A stretch of DNA of 52,015 nt from an uncultured Verrucomicrobiota bacterium (GTDB lineage: Bacteria > Verrucomicrobiota > Verrucomicrobiia > Limisphaerales > CAIMTB01): assembly GCA_903844265.1 (NCBI GenBank), contig CAIMTB010000629.1, forward strand, positions 1-52,015, written 5' to 3'. The position numbers and the translations under genes are program-made. The notes below the pieces were generated by a model. That model saw nothing but the letters and a program-made list of their open reading frames with translations, searched no databases and was not told the origin of the DNA. Numbering within the stretch: the first letter of the stretch is position 1; the number at the start of each line of letters is the position of its first letter. This document shows, piece by piece, positions 18,840 to 31,575 of the stretch.

Positions 18840-19023
18840 GTTATCTTCGGGTTATGGATTGGGTTTCTTTTTCCGGACGTCCGGAGCGACTTAAATGGGG
18901 CGATATGGCAGGACTGTCAAATGAGGTCTTCGCCCACGCGCCAACCCACGGCACCACCAGCACTCCTGCAGTGACCTTCCCCGGGTCCGGTTCAAGCGTG
19001 AACCGCACGGCCGCACCTCCCCC

Positions 19024-19527
19024 TCAACTCCCGTAGGCGCGCCACAGAATGTTCCCCGCGAAAAGGAGGATCATCCCCATCCCGCACGCCAACTTGCCGA
19101 CCGCCCCAACCAGAAGCCCGAGCGTCGCTCCCGCCCCGGCACGAACCGACTCGCGCCATTCCCGACCGCTGACGCATTCCAGAAGAAAAGCCCCCACGAA
19201 CGGCCCCGTGAGAATCCCGACCGGCCCGAAAAAGAGTCCCACCACCCCGCCCACCACCGCGCCCACCATGCCCCATCGCGTCGCCCCAAGCTTCTTGGCC
19301 CCCAGATAGCTCGCCGCGAAATCCGCCGCCAACGCGAGAACGGCAAACCCACCGAGCGTGACCAGCACCCACGTCTGCGCCCCCGACACCCCCACGATCA
19401 ACCGATGCCCCATCGCCACGGCAAAGATCAACGGCGTCCCCGGCAACGCAGGCAGCACCGCCCCCAGCAACCCCACGAGCATCAGGATCAACGCGAGGAC
19501 AAACCAGACAAGGTCGAGCGCCGTCAC
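19024..19527 (-). CDS. DUF456 family membrane protein
   Basis: GAVLPALPG.PLIF, GAKKLGATRWG..GA..G..VGLFFGP.GI..GPF.GA; GTG start. Confidence 0.88.
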   Translation of the reverse strand: MTALDLVWFVLALILMLVGLLGAVLPALPGTPLIFAVAMGHRLIVGVSGAQTWVLVTLGGFAVLALAADFAASYLGAKKLGATRWGMVGAVVGGVVGLFFGPVGILTGPFVGAFLLECVSGREWRESVRAGAGATLGLLVGAVGKLACGMGMILLFAGNILWRAYGS

Positions 19528-19614
19528 ACCCCCATCCTAGCCCGAACCCGACCGGAGGCCAAGAAACCGAGCGGAAACCGTCCGACACCGATGCAGGAGA
19601 ACCCCCAAGCGACC

Positions 19615-22803
<3,189 letters not shown>

Positions 22804-22823
22804 ACGGCTCGAAGTCGCACCCG

Positions 22824-24083
22824 TCAGGAACCTGCCACCGGCACCTTCGACTTCTCCGCAGCGCGCTGCTCCACGCCCGGGGCCGCCGCCCGTGTCACCC
22901 GCTGACCCGCCTGCAATCCGCCCGGGACAAGGACCACCGTCTCCCCGGCCTTGAGCCCGGAAACAACCTCGACCCAACCGCTCCCGCGATCCCCCACCGC
23001 GATCCGTTTCTCCACCGCGACACCGTCCGCCACCATGAAAACCTTCTCAATCCCGGCGAACGTGACCAACGCCTCAGCCGGCACCGTCACCACCTCGGTC
23101 TCGGGCAGGGTCACAATCTGGACGCGCGCGAATGAACCGGGCCGAAGCCGACCTTGGGACGGGACGTCCGCCTCGACCACAAGGGTCCGGCTCCCCTGTA
23201 CAATCGCAGGGCTCAATCGTCGTACCTCGCCTGAGTAGACGTTGGTATCCCCCTCGACCACCACCCTGACAGCCTGCCCTGACTTGATCTTGATCGCGTC
23301 GCGCTCCGACACCTCCATGCGAAGGCGCAGCGGCTCGGTCCGCACCAGCACCACCACGGGCGCGCCCACCGCAAGGTACTCACCGACACTCGCCCGACGC
23401 TCCTGCACCGCCCCGTCAAACGGCGCGAGGATGTAGGTGTCGGAGAGCTGCTGCCGCGCCATCTCGAATTCGGCGCGCTTCTGCTGGAGCTGCGCAACGC
23501 GGATCCGCGCCTCCTCCAACGCCTCGTCATGCCGGCTGACCCCGACCTTGAACGTCGCACTCGCAGTCTCGAGTTCCGACGCCGAAAGAATCCCCTGCTT
23601 CGACAAAGCCTGTATCCGGTCCCGGTTCGCCCGCGCCTCATCGAGCACCGCCCGCGCCTCCTTCACTGCCGGGGAATCCTCGACCTTCACCTGGTCGTCG
23701 TCCCCCTCCAGCGGCAATCCCACCCGCGCCCGCGCCTGTCCCAACGCAGCCTCGGACTGCTTCAGCCGCAGATCGTAATCCACCGCGTCCACCCGCGCCA
23801 CGAGGTCCCCTTCACGGATACGGCTTCCCAGGTCCACCACGATGGATCCCAACCGACCCGGCACCTTCACCGCCACCGGGGTCTGGTCCAGCGGAAGCAA
23901 CGAACCCGAGGTCGCAATGGCCCTCTCGATCCGGCGCGACTCCGACACCGCCACCCGGAACGTCCCCCCATCGACAACCCCAGCCGCCTTTCCCGCGTCA
24001 GGCTTCGCAGCCTCCGGCCCGCGGGAACAACCCGCCCACGACGCGACGAGCGCGACGACGAGAATTCGCAGGGAGGGTGGCAT
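22824..24083 (-). CDS. RND periplasmic adaptor (membrane fusion protein), lipoprotein
   Basis: Lipobox WAGC, V.GR...I.VD.G, coiled-coil hairpin, I.APFDG.V, LRPG.FA, VEVVSGL..GE. Confidence 0.93.
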   Translation of the reverse strand: MPPSLRILVVALVASWAGCSRGPEAAKPDAGKAAGVVDGGTFRVAVSESRRIERAIATSGSLLPLDQTPVAVKVPGRLGSIVVDLGSRIREGDLVARVDAVDYDLRLKQSEAALGQARARVGLPLEGDDDQVKVEDSPAVKEARAVLDEARANRDRIQALSKQGILSASELETASATFKVGVSRHDEALEEARIRVAQLQQKRAEFEMARQQLSDTYILAPFDGAVQERRASVGEYLAVGAPVVVLVRTEPLRLRMEVSERDAIKIKSGQAVRVVVEGDTNVYSGEVRRLSPAIVQGSRTLVVEADVPSQGRLRPGSFARVQIVTLPETEVVTVPAEALVTFAGIEKVFMVADGVAVEKRIAVGDRGSGWVEVVSGLKAGETVVLVPGGLQAGQRVTRAAAPGVEQRAAEKSKVPVAGS

Positions 24084-24144
24084 GGACCCGCGGAGTATGG
24101 AGAACCGGTCCGCCGGGCCAAGACGGGAATCGCAAAGATCCGGC

Positions 24145-26610
24145 TCAGTCCCCGACCACCGGCGGCCAGGCCGCCCCGAGGCTGAGGTTGGTATAGGAAC
24201 CGCTCGCGGTGTTCACAAGTTCCACCGCCTTCACAAGGTAGGCCGCGTTCACCGGCGGATCGCGATCCGTGAACTCGCGCGCCACCAACGGAACCGCCGT
24301 CAGCCTCCCGAACGGCCCCATGGGCCCCGACGCCGATCGATAGACAAACCATCCGCGCCCCACGGCCCCACCCCCATCCTGCCAACCCAACCGCAACCCA
24401 TTCTCCAAGACCCGCACCTGAACGTTCGTGGGCGGCGCAGAAGGATGAAGACGCAAGGTCGGGTCGCCGAGAATGGTGAGCGTCCGGGTCGTCCCACGAT
24501 TGATGTTCTCCCACTGGAGCACCTCGTTCGCCGTCTCCAACTGCGCGTCGGAAAGAGTCCCGCCGCGGGCCAGCGCGTCGAATCTCCACTCGGTCTTTCG
24601 CACCCAGAAAGCCGCAAGCCCGTACTCCTTCGACGCCACGATGGAACGTAGAAGGTTGTTCTCACCCAGCGCCCAGTCCCCAAACCACGAACCCATCAAC
24701 ATCGAAAACCATACCCGCGGCATCCTCTCACCCGACGCGATCTGCGCCGAGGTCACCATGGTCGGACTGCCATTCCGAACCCGATCGATGTGACCCGCCG
24801 CCCCCTGAAAACCCCACACCGCCGAATCTCCCGGCGGGATCTCAAACAGGTCGCCCTGGAAAAGATCGGCCGCCGCATAACCAAAAAGATGGCTCCCGGT
24901 CCGATAGGCGCTCGGCAACATCTCGTAATCCGTGCCGGACTCGAAATAGGCCCCGACAATCGCCCGCGACCGGGCCGGCAGCCGCCCCGCCCGCTGGCGA
25001 CCCGCCTTCGCGAAGTAGTTCCTCAGAAGTTCAACCTCCGCCGCCGCCCCCCGACCAAATGCCGGCAGATTCGCGAAATCCAGCCGCCCGAACCCCAACT
25101 CGATCTTTGTCTCACCCGCGGCATTCGGCCCCGCCCACTCGGTGTCGAACTTCCCGTCACCCGGAATGTTCCGCGTCTCCCGATAGGTCGGCAGCGAAAG
25201 ATAATCGGGGTACGGCAACTTGTCCGTCCAGACGCCGTCCATGTCTGCGTAATACTGGTCTGCAGGCCACGCCCCCCAATGATTGTCCCCGCGCCTCGTG
25301 TGAAGATCCTCGGCCCGCATCCCCGAATACGGGATGGCCACGTGGCCGATCAGATAGACGCAGCGCAGCGTCTTTGACGAGGACTCCCAGTCGCGCCGGA
25401 CGAGTTCGCGGATGGCGCCGATGGCAGGGGGATTGGCGCTCCATTCACGGTCGTCATGCCGCGGCACCCGATGCCGGAAAACCCGCCATCCATCCGCCAC
25501 AAGATCCCGCTCCAACCCCCGCAACTCCGCCGCGAGCCGGTCCGCCAACGTCTGGTCCACAAGCAGGACAACCCCCCCGCGATCCTCCCACGGAGGAAGC
25601 CGGACCCCGCCGCTGAGGGTGAGTTCACTCGGTTGCCCATTGGTCAGGACGCGATACTGGTAGAGCCTCCCCGGCTCGATCGAGACATCGCGATACGCCA
25701 TCAACCCCGTCCGCGCCGCAAGCCTGCTCCAGTTCGTCGAACCTGCGTCCGCACGTTCCAATTCCATCGGTGCTGAGGGACGACACCGCCACGACAGCTC
25801 AAGCCCTACCCCGTTCGTCATCGCGACGGCGCTCATCACGCGGCCGCGCTTGAGGGTTTCCACCCGTTCCAGCGGCGCGTCATGGATCTCGATTTCATCG
25901 AGCACTCCCCTCGCCGACGAGCCACCGCCAGGAGCCGAGCCGAGGACGAGTCCGCGGCGCATCGCCACCGGACCAGGCCCCGACACTTTTCCCGGCACAT
26001 CCGCCAACACCATCAGGTCGTCACAGTGGATCCTCACGCGGCCCGGAAAGACACTGACCCGGATCTCGCTCCACATCCCCTCGGCGAACGCAATGGGTCC
26101 GCTGCTCGACTCGAAAACATCCCGACCCACCGAACCCCAGGCGATCTGCAGACGCGTTCCGTCCGCGCTGACCGAAAGTTCCCACCATCCATCCTCAGGC
26201 TTCGCCGCCCGATCGCCGATCGACACCAATCGCGCCGTCTCGCCAGGCCCCTGTCCCGAACCCACACCACGCGGATTCCACCCCGGCCGATAATACAACC
26301 CCAGACTCATCGCGAGCGGATTGACCTGCCCCTGCCCTTTCGAACCCCGAGACGCCAGCGGACAAATCACGGGGCCCGAGCCCGGGCGAAACTCCACCCC
26401 TTTTCCCGACGCCCCCTCGACCCAGGCAGCCGCCCCGCGGGACCGCGGAAGCGTTCCGTCTTCCCCCGCGAAATCAGCGGTCTCGAAACGCCACGCCGCG
26501 AGAAGCCGGATGTCGGCCGCCGCATTCCAGCCACCCACGAGCCACCCCAACACCATCAGGGCCGCAAGGGTTGGCCCCCGAAACCCGGATGGACCACGAT
26601 TGCAACTCAT
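24145..26610 (-). CDS. Secreted multidomain protein: LamG-like N-terminus, FN3-like modules, gingipain (C25)-like core
   Basis: Signal peptide; LLAAWRFE...GVLDEIEIH (LamG-like); YRD..IEPG..YQYRV (FN3-like); VYLIGHV.IPYSG, PADQYYADMDG.W, ELGFGRL (C25 N-terminal-like); ATGA overlap with the upstream ABC gene. Confidence 0.6.
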   Translation of the reverse strand: MSCNRGPSGFRGPTLAALMVLGWLVGGWNAAADIRLLAAWRFETADFAGEDGTLPRSRGAAAWVEGASGKGVEFRPGSGPVICPLASRGSKGQGQVNPLAMSLGLYYRPGWNPRGVGSGQGPGETARLVSIGDRAAKPEDGWWELSVSADGTRLQIAWGSVGRDVFESSSGPIAFAEGMWSEIRVSVFPGRVRIHCDDLMVLADVPGKVSGPGPVAMRRGLVLGSAPGGGSSARGVLDEIEIHDAPLERVETLKRGRVMSAVAMTNGVGLELSWRCRPSAPMELERADAGSTNWSRLAARTGLMAYRDVSIEPGRLYQYRVLTNGQPSELTLSGGVRLPPWEDRGGVVLLVDQTLADRLAAELRGLERDLVADGWRVFRHRVPRHDDREWSANPPAIGAIRELVRRDWESSSKTLRCVYLIGHVAIPYSGMRAEDLHTRRGDNHWGAWPADQYYADMDGVWTDKLPYPDYLSLPTYRETRNIPGDGKFDTEWAGPNAAGETKIELGFGRLDFANLPAFGRGAAAEVELLRNYFAKAGRQRAGRLPARSRAIVGAYFESGTDYEMLPSAYRTGSHLFGYAAADLFQGDLFEIPPGDSAVWGFQGAAGHIDRVRNGSPTMVTSAQIASGERMPRVWFSMLMGSWFGDWALGENNLLRSIVASKEYGLAAFWVRKTEWRFDALARGGTLSDAQLETANEVLQWENINRGTTRTLTILGDPTLRLHPSAPPTNVQVRVLENGLRLGWQDGGGAVGRGWFVYRSASGPMGPFGRLTAVPLVAREFTDRDPPVNAAYLVKAVELVNTASGSYTNLSLGAAWPPVVGD

Positions 26611-28427
26611 ACCCCGAGACGCTCGAACCCCTCCTCGATGGTGGTGGTGTTCTGGATCCGCGCGAGCCGGGCATAGAGGCCGTCGGCCGCAACCAACTCT
26701 TCGTGCGTCCCCCGCTCCACGATCTCCCCGGCACGCAAGACCAGGATCTGGTCGGCGCGACGGATGGTGCTCAGACGATGCGCGATCACGAAGCTCGTGC
26801 GCCCCTGCATCAGACGCTCAAGCGCCTCCTGGATGAGGCGCTCGGTCTGCGTGTCGACACTGGCGGTCGCCTCGTCGAGGACCAGGATCGGCGCGTTCTT
26901 CAACAGCGCACGGGCGATGCTCACCCGCTGTTTCTCCCCCACGCTGAGTCTCACCCCACGTTCCCCCACCCGGCTGTCGTATCCCTCCCCAAGCGCCGCG
27001 ATGAAGTCGTGGCAATTCGCCGCCCTGGCCGCCGCGATCATCTCCGACTCCGTCGCCTCCAGACGTCCATACAGGATGTTTTCGCGGAGGGTCCCGTTGA
27101 ACAGGAACGGTTCCTGGCTGACAATGCTGATCCGCTGGCGCAAAGCCTCCAGCCCCACATCGCGAATGTCCTGCCCGTCGATCAGGATCCGCCCCGAAGT
27201 CGCCTCGTAAAACGCAGGGAGCAGGTTCACAAGCGTCGACTTGCCCGCACCCGTCGGCCCCACGAGCGCGATCATCTCGCCGGGACGCACATGCAGGCTG
27301 ACCTCCTTGAGCACCGTCCGACCCCCGGGATAACTGAACCCAACACCCTGGTAATCGAGCTCGCCGCGCACCGGTTCTCGAAGCCTGCCCTGCCGATCGG
27401 ACCTCTCCGCCGTGGCATCGAGGATGTCAAACACCCGCGCCGCCGCCGCGCGCGCCGACTGGAGCATCTGGTTCAGCCCGTGAAGCCGCCCGATGGGCTC
27501 ATAGAAAAACATCCCCGCATAGAGCATGAAGGCCACCAACTCACCCACCGCCATCTTGCCGTCCATCACCTGCGATCCTCCCACCCACAGCACCAACCCG
27601 ATGCCCAGCGACCCCGTGAATTGCATCGCCGGCCCATACCACGCCCACGCCCGCATCACGACCAGCGTTCCCTCGCGAAGATCGTCCGCCCGCGATGCAA
27701 AGCGCAGATCCTCGTGCCGCTCCTGCCCGAATGCCTTGATCTGACGAACGCCCTGGAGATTGTCCATGAGCAGGGAGTTCATCGCCGACGCCGCCTCGCG
27801 CTGCAGCCGATACCGGCGATGTGCCGTGCTCGTGTACCACAACGCCCCACCCACCAGGATCGGCAGCGGTATCAGCGCGACGCAACCGAGGAGCGAACTC
27901 GAGCTGAACATCACCACCAGCGACCCGATGATGCTCAGCAACGCCACCGTGCCCTGCTCCGTGCCGTCGATCAGCAGACGCTCGACGACGTTCACGTCCT
28001 CGATGACCCGGGTCATCAGGTCACCCGATGAACGAGGATCAAACCAGGCCACCGGCAACCGCTGCAGCCGCCCATACACCTCCCGGCGCATGTCGAAAAT
28101 CACGTTCTGCTCCAACCGGTTGTTCACCCGGACCCGGAGGCTGTTGAAAACCTCCCGCAGCAGGAACGCCCCAAGCAAAGTCAACGCCGCCGGCGCCAGG
28201 GCATCCCGTCGCCCCTGCACGATCACGTCGTCGATCAATACCCGCGTCAGCTTCGGATACAAGAAACCAAACCCCAGACCGAAGACAGCACACGCAATCG
28301 TCCCCACCGCCAGAAGACGATAAGGCTTCAGGTACACCGCAACCCGCCGGATCACCTCGGACACCGGCCGAGGCTGCGAACGGAACGTCGGATCCGTATG
28401 GGCGCCAAATCCTGGATGGTGCGACAT
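26607..28427 (-). CDS. ABC exporter, fused permease/ATP-binding (MsbA/MdlB-like)
   Basis: N-terminal TM domain, Walker A GPTGAGKST, Q-loop VSQEP, signature LSVGEKQR, Walker B ILVLDEAT, IAHRLST; start ATG 28427 (28436/28439 also possible). Confidence 0.93.
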   Translation of the reverse strand: MSHHPGFGAHTDPTFRSQPRPVSEVIRRVAVYLKPYRLLAVGTIACAVFGLGFGFLYPKLTRVLIDDVIVQGRRDALAPAALTLLGAFLLREVFNSLRVRVNNRLEQNVIFDMRREVYGRLQRLPVAWFDPRSSGDLMTRVIEDVNVVERLLIDGTEQGTVALLSIIGSLVVMFSSSSLLGCVALIPLPILVGGALWYTSTAHRRYRLQREAASAMNSLLMDNLQGVRQIKAFGQERHEDLRFASRADDLREGTLVVMRAWAWYGPAMQFTGSLGIGLVLWVGGSQVMDGKMAVGELVAFMLYAGMFFYEPIGRLHGLNQMLQSARAAAARVFDILDATAERSDRQGRLREPVRGELDYQGVGFSYPGGRTVLKEVSLHVRPGEMIALVGPTGAGKSTLVNLLPAFYEATSGRILIDGQDIRDVGLEALRQRISIVSQEPFLFNGTLRENILYGRLEATESEMIAAARAANCHDFIAALGEGYDSRVGERGVRLSVGEKQRVSIARALLKNAPILVLDEATASVDTQTERLIQEALERLMQGRTSFVIAHRLSTIRRADQILVLRAGEIVERGTHEELVAADGLYARLARIQNTTTIEEGFERLGV

Positions 28428-28525
28428 CGACGTCATCATCACCCACCGCCGCCGCCTTGTGGAGAACGGAGATGCACAACTCCGCACGCCCCAAGGGGCA
28501 TCCCGATCGGACGGAACGGCGCATG

Positions 28526-28645
28526 CCGTGCATCCACAGATTGACGGGCGCGCACTCCGCTGCGCGCCGTCCTTCGCGGACGCACCAAGCCACGGCGGGC
28601 AAGGGACTGCCCGCCCTGCTACCACCGACAACTCGTGGATGCACC
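28526..28645. repeat. REP/REPIN-like family A, copy 3, bracketed by short inverted termini
   Basis: CCGTGCATCCAC (28526-37) ... GGGCGCGCACTCCGCTGCGCGCC ... GGCGGGCAAGGGACTGCCCGCCC ... GTGGATGCACC (28635-45). Confidence 0.8.
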
Positions 28646-28711
28646 TCGCCGCATGCCCCGAACAGAAATCGCTTCAACGCACACCGCCTCGGTTCCCATG
28701 ATCCGCTCGAA

Positions 28712-29488
28712 ATGTCCGACATCCTCAAGGACCTCAGCCTGCTCCTGCATCCCGTCGGGATCGGATGGATGGCCCTCATCGCGAGCGCCATCCTCTGCCT
28801 GCGGCGTCGCCGTGCCCTGGGGGCCTTCGTGTGCAGCCTCGCAGCCCTCGCCCTCTGGATCCTCGCACAACCGCCCCTCGTTCTCCCGGTCTACGGAACC
28901 CTCGAGGAACCTTGGATCCATTCCACCGTCGAACAGGCCCCCAATGCAGACGCCATCATCGTGCTCGGCGGCGGTTGGCGCACGTCGGTCCATGATTTCC
29001 GTCGGGTCGATTTCATGGAATCGATGGACCGTTTCTTCACGGGCTGCGAACTGGGACGCCTCGGCAAGGCGCCCGTGCTCGTCCTCGGCGGCGATCCCGT
29101 GACGCACGGCACCAATCAACCTCCTGACAGCGAGGGACTGCACCGATGGCTCCAGGACTGGGGACTCGCATCCCTGGAAGTTGTGTCGCTCGGCCCCGTG
29201 AAAACCACCCGGGACGAAGCGCTGGCCGCGGGGGAACTCGTCCGGAAACGCGGCTGGAAAAAGGTGCTCCTCGTCACCTCCGCCTTTCACATGCGCCGGG
29301 CTCTCGCCACGTTCACCAAGGAAGCCGTCCCCGTCCATCCGGTGGCGTGTGACTTCAAGTTCCTCCGGGGCGATGAAACCACACAGAAATGGCACTGGGC
29401 CCCCTCGGAGGAAGACCTCTTCCAGCTCGGACTATGGTGGCACGAGCAGGTGGGATGGTTCGTCTATCGGCTCCTCGGCCGGGCGTGA
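28712..29488 (+). CDS. YdcF/ElyC (DUF218) family protein
   Basis: Two N-terminal TM segments, ADAIIVLGGG, TT.DEA, LLVTSAFHMRRA, HE.VG; start ATG 28712. Confidence 0.92.
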   Translation: MSDILKDLSLLLHPVGIGWMALIASAILCLRRRRALGAFVCSLAALALWILAQPPLVLPVYGTLEEPWIHSTVEQAPNADAIIVLGGGWRTSVHDFRRVDFMESMDRFFTGCELGRLGKAPVLVLGGDPVTHGTNQPPDSEGLHRWLQDWGLASLEVVSLGPVKTTRDEALAAGELVRKRGWKKVLLVTSAFHMRRALATFTKEAVPVHPVACDFKFLRGDETTQKWHWAPSEEDLFQLGLWWHEQVGWFVYRLLGRA

Positions 29489-29525
29489 CAACCGTGCGTA
29501 ACAACCGGGAACCGCGCGGGATGTC

Positions 29526-30194
29526 TCAGCTCCCCTTCTCAGAGGCCCCGTCGATCTCCCGATTGAGGAAGGAAATCAGATACCGCAGCCGCGTCTCAAC
29601 ATCCACGGTCTCGAGGAGAACCTGCCGTTGTCGCGGATCCGAAAGCAGCGTGCAGGACACGAGATCCGCGAGAACACTCGCGTCGGTGATATCGCCCAGG
29701 GACCGGAGAATGTGACCCGCAGGATCGGCTGCAGCACCCGCTGCAGCGGCCGTTTCGCCAAGGAATTTCAAGGGCGCCGGAAGGCCCTGCTCGAAACGCA
29801 GCCCGACCAATTCACGGACCTTGAGCGTGAGCGCGCCCACCTTGTCGGAATCGGACGACGTGGATGTGAGTGTCTTGAGTGCATGAACCCTGTAGGGACG
29901 CCGGCGCATCACCCGGCCCAGGGAAACGCGCGCCACGCCCTGCAGGATCATGTTGGACGTCCCGTCAGGGTTCTCCACCGAGGCACGAATCAGCCCGATG
30001 CCTGCCACCGGGGACGGCGTCTCCACTTCGGCATCCGGGACCTGCATGGCCACGCAAAACATGCGGTGAGACGCCAGGGCGTCCTGCAGCATGCGACGAT
30101 ATCGGGGTTCAAAGATAAAGAGCGGGAGGATCGCGTGCGGAAAAAGATTCACGCTCGGCAGAATCATCACCCCCAAGCTCTTGGGCAGTTCCAT
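29526..30194 (-). CDS. LON peptidase substrate-binding domain protein (stand-alone)
   Basis: LFP...LPLFIFEPRYRRML.DAL, DG.SN.ILQGV.R, RQ.LLE..DV..RL. Confidence 0.9.
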   Translation of the reverse strand: MELPKSLGVMILPSVNLFPHAILPLFIFEPRYRRMLQDALASHRMFCVAMQVPDAEVETPSPVAGIGLIRASVENPDGTSNMILQGVARVSLGRVMRRRPYRVHALKTLTSTSSDSDKVGALTLKVRELVGLRFEQGLPAPLKFLGETAAAAGAAADPAGHILRSLGDITDASVLADLVSCTLLSDPRQRQVLLETVDVETRLRYLISFLNREIDGASEKGS

Positions 30195-30467
30195 CTGCCA
30201 TCGATCCTAGCGGGCGATCGCCCCTTGGCAAGCCGCCCCCCTGGCCCATGAGGCCCCGAGACCCCTTCCCGGCCCTCGTGGAAGGTGATTCACGGCCCCG
30301 AATCGGACCCGCCGCATCGCATCCGGGGAAACCAGAACGCCGCGAAAACAAAGTTTTTGGTGGCGCCCCGGAGTTCGTCTGTTATGGTCCCCGGCCCTCG
30401 CAATGGGAGCCTACGGGACCTTGCGGGACAGAAACACACAATCAGCAGAATCTCGGGAGTCGTCGAA

Positions 30468-31061
30468 GTGAGCTCCAAGAAAAGCACGACAAAGAGGACG
30501 GTGGCCCCGGGCCGGGGCAAAGTCGTGGGCACCACCACTGCAGCCGCCATTCTTGGCGGAGGTGGAACCACAGCCACCTCCAGGAGCGCGCCAAAAGCAC
30601 GCCCTACCGATCCCGAATGGGAACGGTATCGGGGCATCCTGTTGGACCTGCGCGAACAACTCGTCCGCCAAATGAACGGCCTCGCCAAGGAGTCCGCCGA
30701 GCAATTGCCCGGCTACTCCATGCACATGGCCGATTCGGGCACCGACAATTTTGACCGTGACTTCGCCCTCAGCCTGCTGTCGAGCGACCAGGACGCGATC
30801 TACGAGATCGATGAGGCGCTGAAGCGCATCGAACGCGGGAGCTACGGCACCTGCGAACTGACCAGCAAACCCATTCCCAAGGCCCGCCTCGACGCCATTC
30901 CGTGGGCCCGCTTCACCGTCGAAGCCCAGGCCCAGTTGGAACGTGAAGGCGCTCTCCGCCACCGTCGTCTGGGTTCCCTTGGCACTCTTGACGCTGGAGC
31001 CCCCGCGGAGATCGAAGAGGACGATGAGGTCGAGGAAAAGCCAGCGAAAGAGAAGGAATAG
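30468..31061 (+). CDS. dksA: TraR/DksA family transcription factor, single-Cys (non-C4) type
   Basis: HMADSGTDNFDRD, EIDEALKRI..GSYGTCELT..PIP.ARL.AIPWARFTVEAQ; likely GTG start at 30468 (start uncertain). Confidence 0.85.
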   Translation: MSSKKSTTKRTVAPGRGKVVGTTTAAAILGGGGTTATSRSAPKARPTDPEWERYRGILLDLREQLVRQMNGLAKESAEQLPGYSMHMADSGTDNFDRDFALSLLSSDQDAIYEIDEALKRIERGSYGTCELTSKPIPKARLDAIPWARFTVEAQAQLEREGALRHRRLGSLGTLDAGAPAEIEEDDEVEEKPAKEKE

Positions 31062-31064
31062 ATC

Positions 31065-31232
31065 ATGCCCCGCGAGATCGTGACCATCGAGTGCACGGAG
31101 GCGCGCAAACTTGGCAAGCCCCCGAGCCGGTACACCACCACCCGTAACAAGAAGCTCCAGACCGAAAAGGTCGAGCTGAGAAAATACAACAAGCATCTCC
31201 GCCGTCACACCCTCCACAGGGAGATCAAGTAG
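31065..31232 (+). CDS. rpmG: 50S ribosomal protein L33 (bL33); missing from the ORF track because it is 55 aa
   Basis: Own translation: [55 protein letters not shown]. Confidence 0.95.
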   Translation: MPREIVTIECTEARKLGKPPSRYTTTRNKKLQTEKVELRKYNKHLRRHTLHREIK

Positions 31233-31241
31233 ACCGATTGT

Positions 31242-31496
31242 ATGCCGCGCAAGACCCATCCCGACCGTGAACCCGGAACGCGTAGCCGTTCCTCGGAAGT
31301 GCGCACGCCCCGCCCGAAGCCGAAAATCGATTTCACCGTCGACGCCCTCGACTTCAAGAACGTCAACCTCCTTAGGCAGTTCGTCACGGAACAGGGACGC
31401 ATCCTGCCCCGGAAGTACACCGGGCTCCCGGCGCACTATCAGCGCCGACTGACGCTCGCCATCAAGCGCGCGCGCCAGATGCTCCTCATGAAGTAA
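31242..31496 (+). CDS. rpsR: 30S ribosomal protein S18 (bS18), cysteine-free
   Basis: [38 protein letters not shown]. Confidence 0.95.
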   Translation: MPRKTHPDREPGTRSRSSEVRTPRPKPKIDFTVDALDFKNVNLLRQFVTEQGRILPRKYTGLPAHYQRRLTLAIKRARQMLLMK

Positions 31497-31506
31497 CGCC
31501 CCCTAC

Positions 31507-31550
31507 GGCGCCTGCCACCGGTGTCACCGGCCCAGCAGGCGCCTTGTTAT
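31507..31550 (+). terminator. Probable intrinsic terminator after rpsR
   Basis: GGCGCCTGC...GCAGGCGCC stem (31507-15/31535-43) with an inner CCGGT/ACCGG stem, followed by TTGTTAT. Confidence 0.55.
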
Positions 31551-31560
31551 GGCCATCCAG

Positions 31561-31575
31561 TGCAAATGATTTGCG
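31561..31575. promoter_or_regulatory. Candidate Zur/Fur-family operator over the znuA start codon
   Basis: 7-1-7 near-palindrome TGCAAAT-G-ATTTGCG just downstream of an extended -10-like TGTTATGGC; zur gene is in the same operon. Confidence 0.55.

Noticed and set aside
28428-28711. N-terminal extensions in the ORF track for the ABC exporter and YdcF (likewise lysS, the desaturase, the oxidoreductase, znuC and cinA)
   Set aside because: They run through repeats or promoter regions, and better in-frame starts exist at the family boundary; this differs from the 10428 case, where no downstream start is available
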